From an uncultured Myxococcales bacterium (GTDB taxonomy: Bacteria; Myxococcota_A; Polyangia; Palsa-1104; JAEUJZ01), in contig CAYWPR010000029.1 in assembly GCA_964460115.1 (NCBI GenBank), forward strand, positions 4,131-68,130: a stretch of 64,000 bases of DNA. The letters are read 5' to 3'. Positions 37,526-47,735 of this stretch are shown here, piece by piece. The notes beneath the pieces were generated by a model that did not search any database, was not told the DNA's origin, and saw nothing but the letters and a program-made list of their open reading frames with translations. Each line of letters begins with the position of its first letter. The stretch's first letter is position 1. The translations under genes and the position numbers were made by a program.

Positions 37526-39211
37526 ATGACCATAGGAGGTGCTTGCATGGCCGTCCCGTACTCTTGTTTTCGCTCGATTCTGTTCGCGTTTGGTCCGCTT
37601 TGGCTGACGGCGCTGCTTTGGGGCTGTACGCAGTCGCAAGGAGCAGGCATCCCCGATGGTCTGCATGATGCCAATCTGGACCTGGGGCTATCCCGGCCGC
37701 GGATGACGATTCGGCTGGCTCCCCTTGGAAGCTACGCCGCGGGTCCGCTTCCTTATGCACAAGGCGCAGAGATTGTCGCCCATGATCCCGGCAGTCAGCG
37801 TCTCTTTATCGTCAACGTCCACGATGCGGCGCTGGATGTGGTGGACATCCACGACCCCGCAAAGCCGCTGCGTATCACGGCCATCGATCTAAAACCCTTT
37901 GGCGCTCATGCCAATAGCGTTGCTGTGCATGGCGGCATCGTGGCTGTGGCCATTGAAGGCCACGCCAAAACCGATGCGGGGACGGTGGCATTTTTCAAAA
38001 GTGATGGAACTTTGCAAAGCAGCGTCCATGTCGGGGCTTTGCCCGATATGCTGACTTTTACGCGCAACGGCCGCAAAGTGCTGGTCGCCTGTGAGGGCGA
38101 GCCGAGCGACGACTACACGGTGGATCCACCGGGCGGCGTCAGCGTCATTGATGTTTCGCGCGGCGTGGACAAGCTGACCCAAGCAGACGTAATAGATGCC
38201 GATCTAAGCCGAGTGCTCGCTATGCTCGATACGCGGGTGCGCATTTTCGGTCCGCGAGCGACGCCGCGTATGGATCTAGAGCCCGAGTACATCGCGGTGG
38301 CGGCTGATTCCAAAACCGCCTGGGTGACCTTTCAAGAGAACAATGCCATGGGCATTCTGGATGTGGAGGCGGGGATTTTTACCGCGCTTGTACCGCTTGG
38401 TTACAAGGATCACAACCTGCCTGGTCAGGGGCTAGATGCCAGCGATCGGGACGGCGGAATTCACATCAAAAACTGGCCGCTGCGCGGGCTTTATCTACCC
38501 GATGCAATTGCCAGCTTCGAGGCGCAAGGACAGACCTACCTTGTCACTGCCAACGAAGGCGACAGCCGTGATTACGCGGGATTCAGCGAGGAAGTGCGCG
38601 TCTCTAGCCTGACTCTAGATGCGACCGCCTTTCCGGACGCCGCAATGCTCAAGAAGGACGCGGCGCTCGGGCGGATGCGCGTGACCAAGACCCTGGGCGA
38701 TATCGACAAAGACGGCGACTATGACGAACTATATTCCTTTGGCAGCCGGTCCTTTGCGATATGGGATGCCGCGGGAACTCTGGTCTTTGACAGCGGCGAT
38801 GGCTTCGAGCGGGTGATTGCCGAGGCGATGCCTGCCAACTTTAACGCCGATGAGCTTAGCAACGACCCGGATCGGCGCAGTCCCAGCAAAGGTCCTGAAC
38901 CTGAAACCGTGACCGTAGGACGCGCTTACGGACGAACGTACGCTTTTATTGGAGTCGAGCGCATTGGCGGCATCCTGGTCTATGAGCTGTCCGACCCGCG
39001 GCATCCGGAATTTGTGCAGTACATCAACAATCGCGACTTTACGCAGGACCCTAGTTCCGGAGCGGCCCGCGACCTCTCTCCAGAAGGCGTGATCTTCATT
39101 GCAGGCGAGGAGAGTCCCAGCAAGCGGCCTTTGCTGGTGGTTGCCAATGAAGTCAGCGGAACGACCACTGTGTACGAAATCGCCCCAATTTTCGATCCGC
39201 GCGGCTATTAA
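37526..39211 (+). CDS. Choice-of-anchor I family lipoprotein (beta-propeller, phytase/alkaline-phosphatase-like)
   Basis: Lipobox LWGC. Repeated blade-like segments. C-terminal VANEVSGTTTVYEI. Confidence 0.55.
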   Translation: MTIGGACMAVPYSCFRSILFAFGPLWLTALLWGCTQSQGAGIPDGLHDANLDLGLSRPRMTIRLAPLGSYAAGPLPYAQGAEIVAHDPGSQRLFIVNVHDAALDVVDIHDPAKPLRITAIDLKPFGAHANSVAVHGGIVAVAIEGHAKTDAGTVAFFKSDGTLQSSVHVGALPDMLTFTRNGRKVLVACEGEPSDDYTVDPPGGVSVIDVSRGVDKLTQADVIDADLSRVLAMLDTRVRIFGPRATPRMDLEPEYIAVAADSKTAWVTFQENNAMGILDVEAGIFTALVPLGYKDHNLPGQGLDASDRDGGIHIKNWPLRGLYLPDAIASFEAQGQTYLVTANEGDSRDYAGFSEEVRVSSLTLDATAFPDAAMLKKDAALGRMRVTKTLGDIDKDGDYDELYSFGSRSFAIWDAAGTLVFDSGDGFERVIAEAMPANFNADELSNDPDRRSPSKGPEPETVTVGRAYGRTYAFIGVERIGGILVYELSDPRHPEFVQYINNRDFTQDPSSGAARDLSPEGVIFIAGEESPSKRPLLVVANEVSGTTTVYEIAPIFDPRGY

Positions 39212-39223
39212 TGGTGAGGTCGT

Positions 39224-39245
39224 GCCCGTAGCGGCGGCTACGGGC
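39224..39245. terminator. Bidirectional hairpin (gcccgtagc-ggcg-gctacgggc) between convergent genes
   Basis: Perfect 9-bp stem followed by ctttggg. Confidence 0.5.
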
Positions 39246-39261
39246 CTTTGGGAAGGCGGAA

Positions 39262-41583
39262 TTACCCGGTGCGTGGAATCGTGCAGAAGTTGTTGATGCA
39301 CAGATTGCTTTGGTCGCAGCAGTCGCCCTGGTTCGTGCAGCGCTCTTGCACGCCGGAGCACTGATTGGACGAACCACTTGAACAAACCAGACTGCCGCTT
39401 GGACCATTGGGCTGACAGAAGCCATTGCAGCACTGATCGCCCGTTTGACAAGAAAGGCCGTCGGCCTTGCACGGATCAAGTACCCAGAATCCACGGGCGT
39501 TGCCGGCCAGCAGTTCCTGCGCGGGCAAATAGAAGGCCGGATGGCTGGCATCGGTCGCGATTTTGCCATTGATGTCCACCGCAGCCACCCAAAGCTTTTT
39601 GGGGGTAATGTTTTTGACCAGATCCACACCGCGCGGATCGCTGCAGAAAGGCGGAATAACCGCCAGATTTCCGTACAGCCGCCGGCTGGTGAAGACCACC
39701 CAGGCATAGCCGCCTGAGGCCACGGGATTGACCGTCGGCTCATAGTTTAAGCTGACGTCATTGGCGTGATCGGGATCGATATCGCCCACTTGAGTGCCGT
39801 CGCCGGTGCAGGACATCGTGATGGGGGTGAGCAGTTTTGGTAGATAGGGGGTGCCGCTGGCATCCTTTCCGTTTAACTGATTCAGCGAGACCACGGAGTT
39901 CGCATCAGTGACGCTTGTCCATGCAAGCTCGGCTCGCGCACCTCTGCGGGTGGCCATTGCGCCCAAAGCGTTTCCATCGAACCCGGCGACGCTTTGATGG
40001 TGAAATACAATCGAATTGCCATCCGGGAAAACCACCGGCCAGCCCGGACGGCGTTCAGCCGGTTGACCGCTATCATCGACGACGACGATGGGATTTGAAA
40101 AGGCCTTGGTGGCCAAGTCAAAATTCATGACCACAAGCTTCTGCGTGGGATTGGTAATTCCTGGCCCTTCCATTGGGTTAAAGACGACAAGCGTTCCGCT
40201 GGGAGAAAAAGCCGGGGTGCCCAATTTGGTGGAGACCGAGGAAAGACCAGTGATCGGAATCGGAGTGCTGCCACTCGGCAACGGTAAAAGCTGTCCTCCG
40301 GGTGATAAGGCCATGGAGCCATCGGGAAATACACCGGGATATTCTGCACTATTGGACATGACGGTTTCAGTCGCACCGGTTGGCGTCAAAGTATAGGATG
40401 AGCTCGCGTTAGTATCGAAGTGCTGAACGACCAGTTGCGCGCCGTTGGCGGCGACGGAGTGGCAGATTCGGCACTTGTCGCTGCCGCCGCTGCCGCCGGC
40501 CGTCAATTTTGGGGCAGTGTCGCCAACGTGGATAGAGAGAACCGCTCCGCCAAATTTCTTATCACCGCCGACCGCCCCGTCATAGTTTTTCGCCAGCAAG
40601 GTTCCATAGGATTGGTAGTAGATGATTCCAGACAGCCGCGCCGGAGCAATCGTCCAGGTCTGTGAAATGGGGCCATAGCCCGCCCCGCCTTTGGCCAAAG
40701 TGATTTTGACGGTTAGCGTTTCAGGCTGCCCGCCAGCCGTCAATCCGCCGGCGCTGTTTGTGGCCATGTCCCAGACGTCCTGCGGAATCGGATGCCGCTG
40801 AAATTTTCCGCCGGAGATTTGGCTAAGAATTGCCGGCCGTCCGAACGTACCAGTCCACGCAAAAGACCCGCTGGCCGTGGACAAATCAATGCGAACCGCA
40901 TCGGCGTCGTTTTGCGACCAGCGCCACATCAAATTCGGCGCCAACATGCCACGCGGAAACACCGTGCCGTTGTAGGGATAAAGCAGAGTTAGATTTTCTG
41001 CCGTGCCGTTGGAATTTGGACTCTGAAGTGCAGTTACGGTGTCCGGATCGGTGACTGCCGGACCAAGACCTTCACCGCCGACGCCGCCGACGCCGCCGCC
41101 GTTGGTCAAATCCGCCAAGCTATTGGCAAATTGCGGCGCCTGGCTAGGATTCTGGGGGTCGCCACCGTTCTGCTGGAAACTGATGCGCACGACGACCTGG
41201 CGCTTGACAACCTGTCCGTTGGCGCTAATGCGCAAAGTGACCAAGCCGGCAGTGGTGCCTCGCGGCGTAAAGGTCTGGCTGGTGGCTGAAGCTCCTGTCA
41301 GTGAGCCAATGTCACCGCGATCGATGCTCCAACTGGCGCTGGCCGGTTGACCGTTCAATGTTGATTGATAAGTAACCGTGGGCGGCGTCTGCCCGGCGGT
41401 AACGGTGATGGTTTGCAAGGCGCTTGGCTGTACATCCAAGACGGCAGGTGGCGTCAGGTCGGGCAGCACCGGGGTGCCCCCGTCTTGGTTGTTGTTATTG
41501 TTGTTCTGACCAATAAGACTGTTGCAACCGGCAGCCAGGCAGAGCATCACGGCAGTCGCGCACCAAACTCTCACATATCGCAT
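39262..41583 (-). CDS. Secreted lipoprotein with a poly-Asn tract, Ig-like repeats and a C-terminal cysteine-rich (CxxGxxCCxGxC) module
   Basis: AAGGAG RBS before ATG 41583. Signal LCLAAGC. Three C-rich repeats at the C-terminus. Confidence 0.6.
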   Translation of the reverse strand: MRYVRVWCATAVMLCLAAGCNSLIGQNNNNNNQDGGTPVLPDLTPPAVLDVQPSALQTITVTAGQTPPTVTYQSTLNGQPASASWSIDRGDIGSLTGASATSQTFTPRGTTAGLVTLRISANGQVVKRQVVVRISFQQNGGDPQNPSQAPQFANSLADLTNGGGVGGVGGEGLGPAVTDPDTVTALQSPNSNGTAENLTLLYPYNGTVFPRGMLAPNLMWRWSQNDADAVRIDLSTASGSFAWTGTFGRPAILSQISGGKFQRHPIPQDVWDMATNSAGGLTAGGQPETLTVKITLAKGGAGYGPISQTWTIAPARLSGIIYYQSYGTLLAKNYDGAVGGDKKFGGAVLSIHVGDTAPKLTAGGSGGSDKCRICHSVAANGAQLVVQHFDTNASSSYTLTPTGATETVMSNSAEYPGVFPDGSMALSPGGQLLPLPSGSTPIPITGLSSVSTKLGTPAFSPSGTLVVFNPMEGPGITNPTQKLVVMNFDLATKAFSNPIVVVDDSGQPAERRPGWPVVFPDGNSIVFHHQSVAGFDGNALGAMATRRGARAELAWTSVTDANSVVSLNQLNGKDASGTPYLPKLLTPITMSCTGDGTQVGDIDPDHANDVSLNYEPTVNPVASGGYAWVVFTSRRLYGNLAVIPPFCSDPRGVDLVKNITPKKLWVAAVDINGKIATDASHPAFYLPAQELLAGNARGFWVLDPCKADGLSCQTGDQCCNGFCQPNGPSGSLVCSSGSSNQCSGVQERCTNQGDCCDQSNLCINNFCTIPRTG

Positions 41584-42088
41584 GCTTATCTCCTTGCAAA
41601 CTAAAACAGCAGGAAAAACTCGCACCCTAAATGCTGGGCGCATAGATCAACAAACTTCTCTTAGGATACCTCAAAGAACCGTAGCGAGCAGGAGGGCGCT
41701 CGCCGGAGCGTACTACGGTACGCAAAGACGGACGACCTCGTGATCAATAGTATCTTGGACGCGCTGTAGGTTCTGTTAGCATTCTTAGCGTAGCCGGAAA
41801 TAGCGTAAACGTCTATGAAATCGCCAAATCTACGGCCTTTCCTGTATTCCAACTAGTTGGAACTATTTTGCAATATGGCCTTTGGGTAATTTCACAAGGA
41901 CGGTCATTGGATCCGCACTGCGAATCGTAATTCGACAAGTGGAGCGCTATGTCACCCTGGCCGAGGATTCAGGCCAGTTTTCTCTTTGGTAACGTATGCC
42001 TGAATAGATCGTTTCCGCAAATCCTGAATTATATGAGGTCATTCAGGAGTGATAATCTAATAGGATTGAGACGTGGAGGAGAGCGCAG

Positions 42089-42121
42089 ATTGCGATGCGT
42101 CGAGTCTTGGCGCATCGCAAT
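42089..42121. terminator. 11-bp perfect hairpin (attgcgatgcg / cgcatcgcaat) just 3' of the fadJ stop. U-rich only on the plus-strand side (atatttct).
   Basis: Inverted repeat read directly from the sequence. Confidence 0.4.
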
Positions 42122-42125
42122 ATTT

Positions 42126-44588
42126 CTAATAGAAGGTTTTGCGGGTGCGTGCCATCTCGATGAGTAGCGGGGCAGGGCTGAAGCGGATGCCGTGCTCCTT
42201 TTGGTACTCGCTAAGCCGCCGCACGACCTCGGAAATTCCCATGCTGTCGGCAAAGCGGAAGGGGCCTCCTAAAAACGGAGGAAATCCCAGTCCGAAGATG
42301 GCCCCGATATCGCCGTCGCGGGGGCTGCGCAGAATGCCTTCGCCCAGGCACAATGCCGCTTCATTGACCATGGCCAGCGCGCAGCGGAACTGAATCTCAA
42401 CGGAACTTACTGGCGAAGGAGCACTTGGGGCGGGAATTGCCAGCCCAAGCTCGCCATAAATGCTGGTGTCCACCGGCCGCTTGCCGGCTTTTTTGGTCGA
42501 ATCATAGCGATAAAAGCCGCGCCCGTTCTTTTTGCCGTAGCGGTTGTGCTGCACCAGGGTCTTTATTCCCGGAGGTGGAGCCAGCCGCTCGCCAAAAGCC
42601 TGTTGCACGATGTGGCCGACCTTTTCAGCGACGTCGATACCCACTTCATCAAGCAGGGTCAAGGGGCCCACCGGAAAGCCAAAGTCGAGCATGGCTTCAT
42701 CGATACGCTCGATCGAAACCCCGGCGGCAAGCAGATAAGCCGCTTCGTTCATATACGGGCCTAGGATGCGCGAAGTATAAAAACCGACGCCATCGCGTAC
42801 GACGATGACCGTTTTGCCCTGCCGTTTGCCAAGCTCGACGCAGGTCGCGGTGACCCAGGGGGCCGTTTTCTCGGTCACGATGATTTCGAGAAGCGGCATT
42901 TTGTGCACCGGCGAGAAATAATGCATGCCGATGACCGTCTCGGGGTGCGAACTGGCCTCCGCGATTCGCGAAATCGGCAGCGAAGAGGTATTCGACGCAA
43001 AGATCACATCGGCGCGGCCAGCGGCTTCGACATCTCGCAAGATGGCTTGCTTTAGCGCCAGATCTTCAAAGACCGCCTCAATCACCACTTCACAATCGGC
43101 AAATCCCGAGTAGTCTACCGTCGGTGTAACTCGCGCCATGCGCATGGCGGCTTCGCGGCTAGGCAGGCTTTTTTTCTTCACCCGCTCATCGAAAATATCG
43201 CGAACGTACTTCATGCCGCGCGATAGGCCCTGTGAATCTTTGTCCTTCAGGCGCAGCGAATAGCTGGTTTGCGCCGCGGTGACGTAGGCAATACCTGCCC
43301 CCATAAGGCCCGCGCCAAGCACCCCGACTTTGCTCACCGGACGCGGCACCGCGTCTTTGTCATCGCTGCCGCGGTCCTTTTTCAAGGCAGTGGTCGCCTG
43401 AAAAATTCCGATAAGCTCGCTGGATTGGCGGCTGACCACAAGTCCGCCGAACACGCGAGCTTCGGCAGCATAGCCGGCGGCCGGGCCAAGCTCTAAGCCG
43501 GTGCGCATGACCTCTAGGGCGCGTTCCGGCGCGGGATAGCGGCCGCGGGTTTTTTTCAGGAGCTCCTTTTTCGCCGTCTCGAACAAAATCTTTCGGCCAA
43601 GCGGATTGTCTTCCAAAAGCAGCTTCTTGATTCCCGGCGGATTGCACGAGCGGGCAATGCCGCGCAGCGTACCGCTAAGAGTCTGACCACTTGGCGGATG
43701 AGGCGCCTTTTCGGCAAGCTTTTGCGCTTTGGCGATGGCAACTTGCAACAAAATCGGCTGCGGCACCACTTCGTCGCATAGGCCCATGCGCAGGGCTTTT
43801 GATGCCTTTACCTGCTTACCGGTCAGCACTAGCTCTAGCGCTTGTTCTAGACCAATTAGACGCGGCAAGCGCTGCGTGCCGCCGGCTCCGGGAATCAGAC
43901 CAAGCTGTACTTCCGGCAGGCCCAGCGTGGTCTTTGCATCATCGCTGCAGACTCGCGCGGTGCAGGCCAGGGCCAGCTCCAGTCCACCGCCCAGGCATGC
44001 CCCGTGAATGGCGGCAACCACCGGAATGCGCCGACCAAGATCCTCAATGCGCTGCATCGCTTGTTGGCCGCGCTGTGAAAGCTGCGTCGCCTGGGCCGCA
44101 GACTGCACTGCTTTCAGCATATGAATATCTGCCCCGGCCAAAAAATTGTCTTTTTTGCCAGAGGTAAGCACCACGCCGCGCACCGCGCCTTTGTCCACGG
44201 CGATTTCAAGTTCGCCAAGGGCTTCGGCAAAATCCTCGGCAAAGCGAGCTTTTATGGTATTGACGGATTCGCCGGGGACGTCCAGCCGCAAAACGGCAAT
44301 GCCGTCGGCCAAAAATTCCGCGGCAAAAGCGCGCGGCGTTGGCGGCGCTTCACTGATTTCAGAAGGAGCCGCGCTTTTTACCGGCGCCTCGGCGGCTACA
44401 TCGGCCGCTTGTTCCGGCGCTTCGTCCTTGGCACCAGCCGGGTCGGCGACTGCTTCGGTGGGGACTTGAATCTGGTCCGATGCTTCATCCTCAGATGGCA
44501 CCGGAGGCTTGGATTTGCTGCTGGGCCTTGGCGTCCGGCTGCTTGGTTTGGGGGTTTTGCTGCTCGGCGTCTTTTTCTTTGCGGACAT
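42126..44588 (-). CDS. fadJ: Fatty-acid oxidation complex alpha subunit (enoyl-CoA hydratase / 3-hydroxyacyl-CoA dehydrogenase) with an N-terminal 110-aa K/P/S-rich extension of about 110 aa
   Basis: Crotonase and 3HCDH domains. GGAGG RBS. TAATG overlap with the upstream thiolase. Thiolase-first order matches fadIJ. Confidence 0.8.
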   Translation of the reverse strand: MSAKKKTPSSKTPKPSSRTPRPSSKSKPPVPSEDEASDQIQVPTEAVADPAGAKDEAPEQAADVAAEAPVKSAAPSEISEAPPTPRAFAAEFLADGIAVLRLDVPGESVNTIKARFAEDFAEALGELEIAVDKGAVRGVVLTSGKKDNFLAGADIHMLKAVQSAAQATQLSQRGQQAMQRIEDLGRRIPVVAAIHGACLGGGLELALACTARVCSDDAKTTLGLPEVQLGLIPGAGGTQRLPRLIGLEQALELVLTGKQVKASKALRMGLCDEVVPQPILLQVAIAKAQKLAEKAPHPPSGQTLSGTLRGIARSCNPPGIKKLLLEDNPLGRKILFETAKKELLKKTRGRYPAPERALEVMRTGLELGPAAGYAAEARVFGGLVVSRQSSELIGIFQATTALKKDRGSDDKDAVPRPVSKVGVLGAGLMGAGIAYVTAAQTSYSLRLKDKDSQGLSRGMKYVRDIFDERVKKKSLPSREAAMRMARVTPTVDYSGFADCEVVIEAVFEDLALKQAILRDVEAAGRADVIFASNTSSLPISRIAEASSHPETVIGMHYFSPVHKMPLLEIIVTEKTAPWVTATCVELGKRQGKTVIVVRDGVGFYTSRILGPYMNEAAYLLAAGVSIERIDEAMLDFGFPVGPLTLLDEVGIDVAEKVGHIVQQAFGERLAPPPGIKTLVQHNRYGKKNGRGFYRYDSTKKAGKRPVDTSIYGELGLAIPAPSAPSPVSSVEIQFRCALAMVNEAALCLGEGILRSPRDGDIGAIFGLGFPPFLGGPFRFADSMGISEVVRRLSEYQKEHGIRFSPAPLLIEMARTRKTFY

Positions 44589-45913
44589 TATGCAACCTCC
44601 AGGACCATGGCCGCGCCTAGACCCCCGGCCGCACAGGCCGTGCATAGGGCAAACTGACCGCCGCGACGCTTCAGTTCATTGAGGCTTTGAATGATCTGCC
44701 GAACGCCGGTGGCCGCGAAGGGGTGGCCGATGGCGATCGAACCTCCGGTGACGTTTAGACGGGCTTCATCGACCTCGCCCAGCGCTTCATTGCGGCCGAG
44801 CTTCTCTTGCGCAAATTTTTTGCAAGCCCACATCTTCAGATTGGACAACACCTGCGCCGCAAATGCCTCGTGCATATCGACAAGGTCCATGTCCTGTAGG
44901 CGCAGGCCGGCGCGATCCAGCGCCAATGGCGACGCATAGGCGGGTCCAAGCAGCATCTGTTCAAAAGGATCGAGCGCCGCGAATGCATAGCTGCGTACAT
45001 AGCCGAGCGGGGTCAGGCCCAGCGCTTTGGCTTTGTCCTCGCGCATTAGCACGGCGGCGCTGGCACCGTCAGTTAGTGGCGAACTGTTTCCCGGGGTGAT
45101 GCTGCCGTAGCGGCGATCAAAGGCCGGTTTAAGACGCGCGTAGCTTTCCAGGTCGCTGTCTTTGCGCACCAGATTGTCTTCGCTGACGACGTCGTAGCGC
45201 GGCGGCACGTAGACGGACATGACCTCACTGGCAAATCGCCCATCGGCCCAGGCGGCAGCGGCGCGGACGTGGCTTTGATGGGCAAAAGCATCTTGAGCGG
45301 CGCGGCTGATGCCGTTTTCTTTGGCCATCTTTTCCGCGCTTTCGCCCATCGTCAGGCCGGTCGAATACTCGCGCAAAGCTGGCGGCACCGGCACTAGGTC
45401 GCGCGGCCGCAAAGTGCGCAGGGCTTTCAATCGAGCGGACAGCGTGCGAGCGCGATTCATCTCGATAAGGGCCTGAGCCAGGCGCTTAGACACGGCAATC
45501 GGCACATCGCTTGAGCTATCGGCACCGCCGGCGATGCCGCATTCGATGTCTCCGGCCAAAATCGCCTGGACGATGTCGGCCGTCGATTGGTAGCTGGTGG
45601 CGCAGGCGCGTGAGACGCTAAATGCATCGATTTGGCGAGGCAGGCCGGCGCCCAAAACGATTTCCCGAGCGATGTTCGGAGCATGTAGCGAGGGGACGAC
45701 TTGACCATAGACGACGCGCTGAATCTGCTGCTTGGGCAGGCTGACGCGTTCGACAAGTTCGGCGACCACCAGGCTGCCTAGCTCCAGCGCCGACAGATCT
45801 TTGTAGGCGGTGGATTGTTTGCAAAACGGCGTACGCAGACCGGCGAGGACAGCGACGCGAAATTCCGAATCGCCGGAGCGCCTCGGTCGGCTGACATCAT
45901 TTCCTGCTGACAT
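44588..45913 (-). CDS. fadI: 3-ketoacyl-CoA thiolase
   Basis: Thiolase motifs. Translationally coupled to fadJ. Confidence 0.8.
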   Translation of the reverse strand: MSAGNDVSRPRRSGDSEFRVAVLAGLRTPFCKQSTAYKDLSALELGSLVVAELVERVSLPKQQIQRVVYGQVVPSLHAPNIAREIVLGAGLPRQIDAFSVSRACATSYQSTADIVQAILAGDIECGIAGGADSSSDVPIAVSKRLAQALIEMNRARTLSARLKALRTLRPRDLVPVPPALREYSTGLTMGESAEKMAKENGISRAAQDAFAHQSHVRAAAAWADGRFASEVMSVYVPPRYDVVSEDNLVRKDSDLESYARLKPAFDRRYGSITPGNSSPLTDGASAAVLMREDKAKALGLTPLGYVRSYAFAALDPFEQMLLGPAYASPLALDRAGLRLQDMDLVDMHEAFAAQVLSNLKMWACKKFAQEKLGRNEALGEVDEARLNVTGGSIAIGHPFAATGVRQIIQSLNELKRRGGQFALCTACAAGGLGAAMVLEVA

Positions 45914-46084
45914 AAACCGACATTTTGCTACGGCTTGTGCGACTTGCAACCTCTTTTTGACGCACTGCGGCAAAAATCCCGTCAAAATCAGTTCTGACGA
46001 TAGCGATTGGCGACCGGCAAGAGTACGATGATTGTCTCTGTAGAAAGTTTCGGGCCCGCTCCTCTATTCGAAAGGACTTACGTG

Positions 46085-47722
46085 ATGAGCCGACTGACTG
46101 AATCGCCTGCGTGGCAGGCCCTTATTGCGCATCGCCAAGAAATGCAAAGCGTCCATGTCCGTTCGCTGTTTGAGAGCGACCCGAACCGCTTTTCCGCCTT
46201 TTCGTTGCGATTCGAGGACATCCTTTTTGATTACTCGAAGCATCGCATTACCGACAAAACCATGCGGCTGCTTGTACAGCTTGCGGAAGAGTCCGGACTG
46301 CGCACAAGCATTGCGCGTATGTACAGCGGCGAAAAAATCAATATCACCGAAGATCGTGCGGTGCTGCATGTCGCGCTGCGCAACGTTTCCATGCATCCGA
46401 TTTTGGTCGATGGGCAGGACGTCATGCCGGACGTGCAGCGCGTGCTGCAAAAAATGCGAAGCTTCACCGATGCGGTGCGCAGCGGCGCGTGGAAGGGATA
46501 TACCGGACAGCGCATTACCGATATCGTCAACATCGGCATCGGCGGATCGGATCTGGGCCCGGTGATGGTGACCGAGGCTTTGCGGCCCTATTGGCAGCCA
46601 AATCTGCGTGTGCATTTTGTATCAAACATCGATGGCTCGCATCTTTGTGAAACGCTGAAGCGCTGCGCTGCCGAAACCACTCTGTTTGTCGTAGCGTCTA
46701 AGACGTTCACGACGCAAGAGACACTTACGAACGCACTTTCAGCCCGCGCCTGGCTGCTGCAAGCGGCAAAAGATTCGGCGGCAGTGGCCAAGCACTTCGT
46801 CGCGGTCTCGACCAATGCGCAAGAGGTTGCAAAGTTTGGAATCGACACGGCGAATATGTTCGAATTTTGGGACTGGGTGGGCGGCCGATATTCGCTGTGG
46901 TCGGCCATCGGCTTGTCGATTGCGCTGGTTTTGGGAATGGATCACTTCGATGCCCTTTTGACCGGCGCGCACGACGTGGATGAGCACTTTCGCAATACGC
47001 CATTTGCGCAGAATATTCCCGTCCTTATGGCCTTGCTGGGAATTTGGTACCACAACTTCTTTGGGGCCGAAACGCACGCCATCCTTCCTTATGATCAATA
47101 TCTGCATCGCTTTGCCGCCTACTTTCAGCAGGGCGATATGGAATCCAACGGAAAGCGAGTGGATCTCGACGGACATCCCATTTCCGACTATACGACCGGG
47201 CCGGTGCTGTGGGGCGAGCCGGGTACAAACGGGCAGCACGCTTTTTACCAACTGATACATCAGGGAACTCGGCTGATTCCCTGCGACTTTATCGCTCCCA
47301 TCGAATCGCACAATCCAATCGGTCGTCATCACGATATCCTCTTGGCCAATTTTTTTGCGCAAACCGAAGCTTTGATGAAGGGCAAGACCGCCGACGAAGT
47401 ACGCGCAGAATTGGCGAAAAAAGGAATCGTTCAGGAAGCGCTGGTGGCGCATCGCAGCTTTCCAGGAAATCGGCCGACGAGTTCATTTTTGGTGCAAAAA
47501 ATCACGCCGCGGACGCTGGGACGCTTGATTGCTCTTTATGAGCACAAGATTTTTGTGCAAGGCGTGATCTGGAACATCAACAGCTTTGACCAATGGGGCG
47601 TCGAGCTCGGCAAGCAACTGGCCAGCGTCATTTTGCCGGAACTTGCCACCCAAGGACCGATCAGCAGCCACGATAGCTCGACGCGCGGCTTAATCAATCA
47701 CTACAAACAAAACCGCCGCTAA
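46085..47722 (+). CDS. pgi: Glucose-6-phosphate isomerase
   Basis: PGI family sequence colinear with bacterial Pgi (GIGGSDLGP; [11 protein letters not shown]). aagga RBS. Confidence 0.9.
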   Translation: MSRLTESPAWQALIAHRQEMQSVHVRSLFESDPNRFSAFSLRFEDILFDYSKHRITDKTMRLLVQLAEESGLRTSIARMYSGEKINITEDRAVLHVALRNVSMHPILVDGQDVMPDVQRVLQKMRSFTDAVRSGAWKGYTGQRITDIVNIGIGGSDLGPVMVTEALRPYWQPNLRVHFVSNIDGSHLCETLKRCAAETTLFVVASKTFTTQETLTNALSARAWLLQAAKDSAAVAKHFVAVSTNAQEVAKFGIDTANMFEFWDWVGGRYSLWSAIGLSIALVLGMDHFDALLTGAHDVDEHFRNTPFAQNIPVLMALLGIWYHNFFGAETHAILPYDQYLHRFAAYFQQGDMESNGKRVDLDGHPISDYTTGPVLWGEPGTNGQHAFYQLIHQGTRLIPCDFIAPIESHNPIGRHHDILLANFFAQTEALMKGKTADEVRAELAKKGIVQEALVAHRSFPGNRPTSSFLVQKITPRTLGRLIALYEHKIFVQGVIWNINSFDQWGVELGKQLASVILPELATQGPISSHDSSTRGLINHYKQNRR

Positions 47723-47735
47723 CGAGGCTTTTTGC

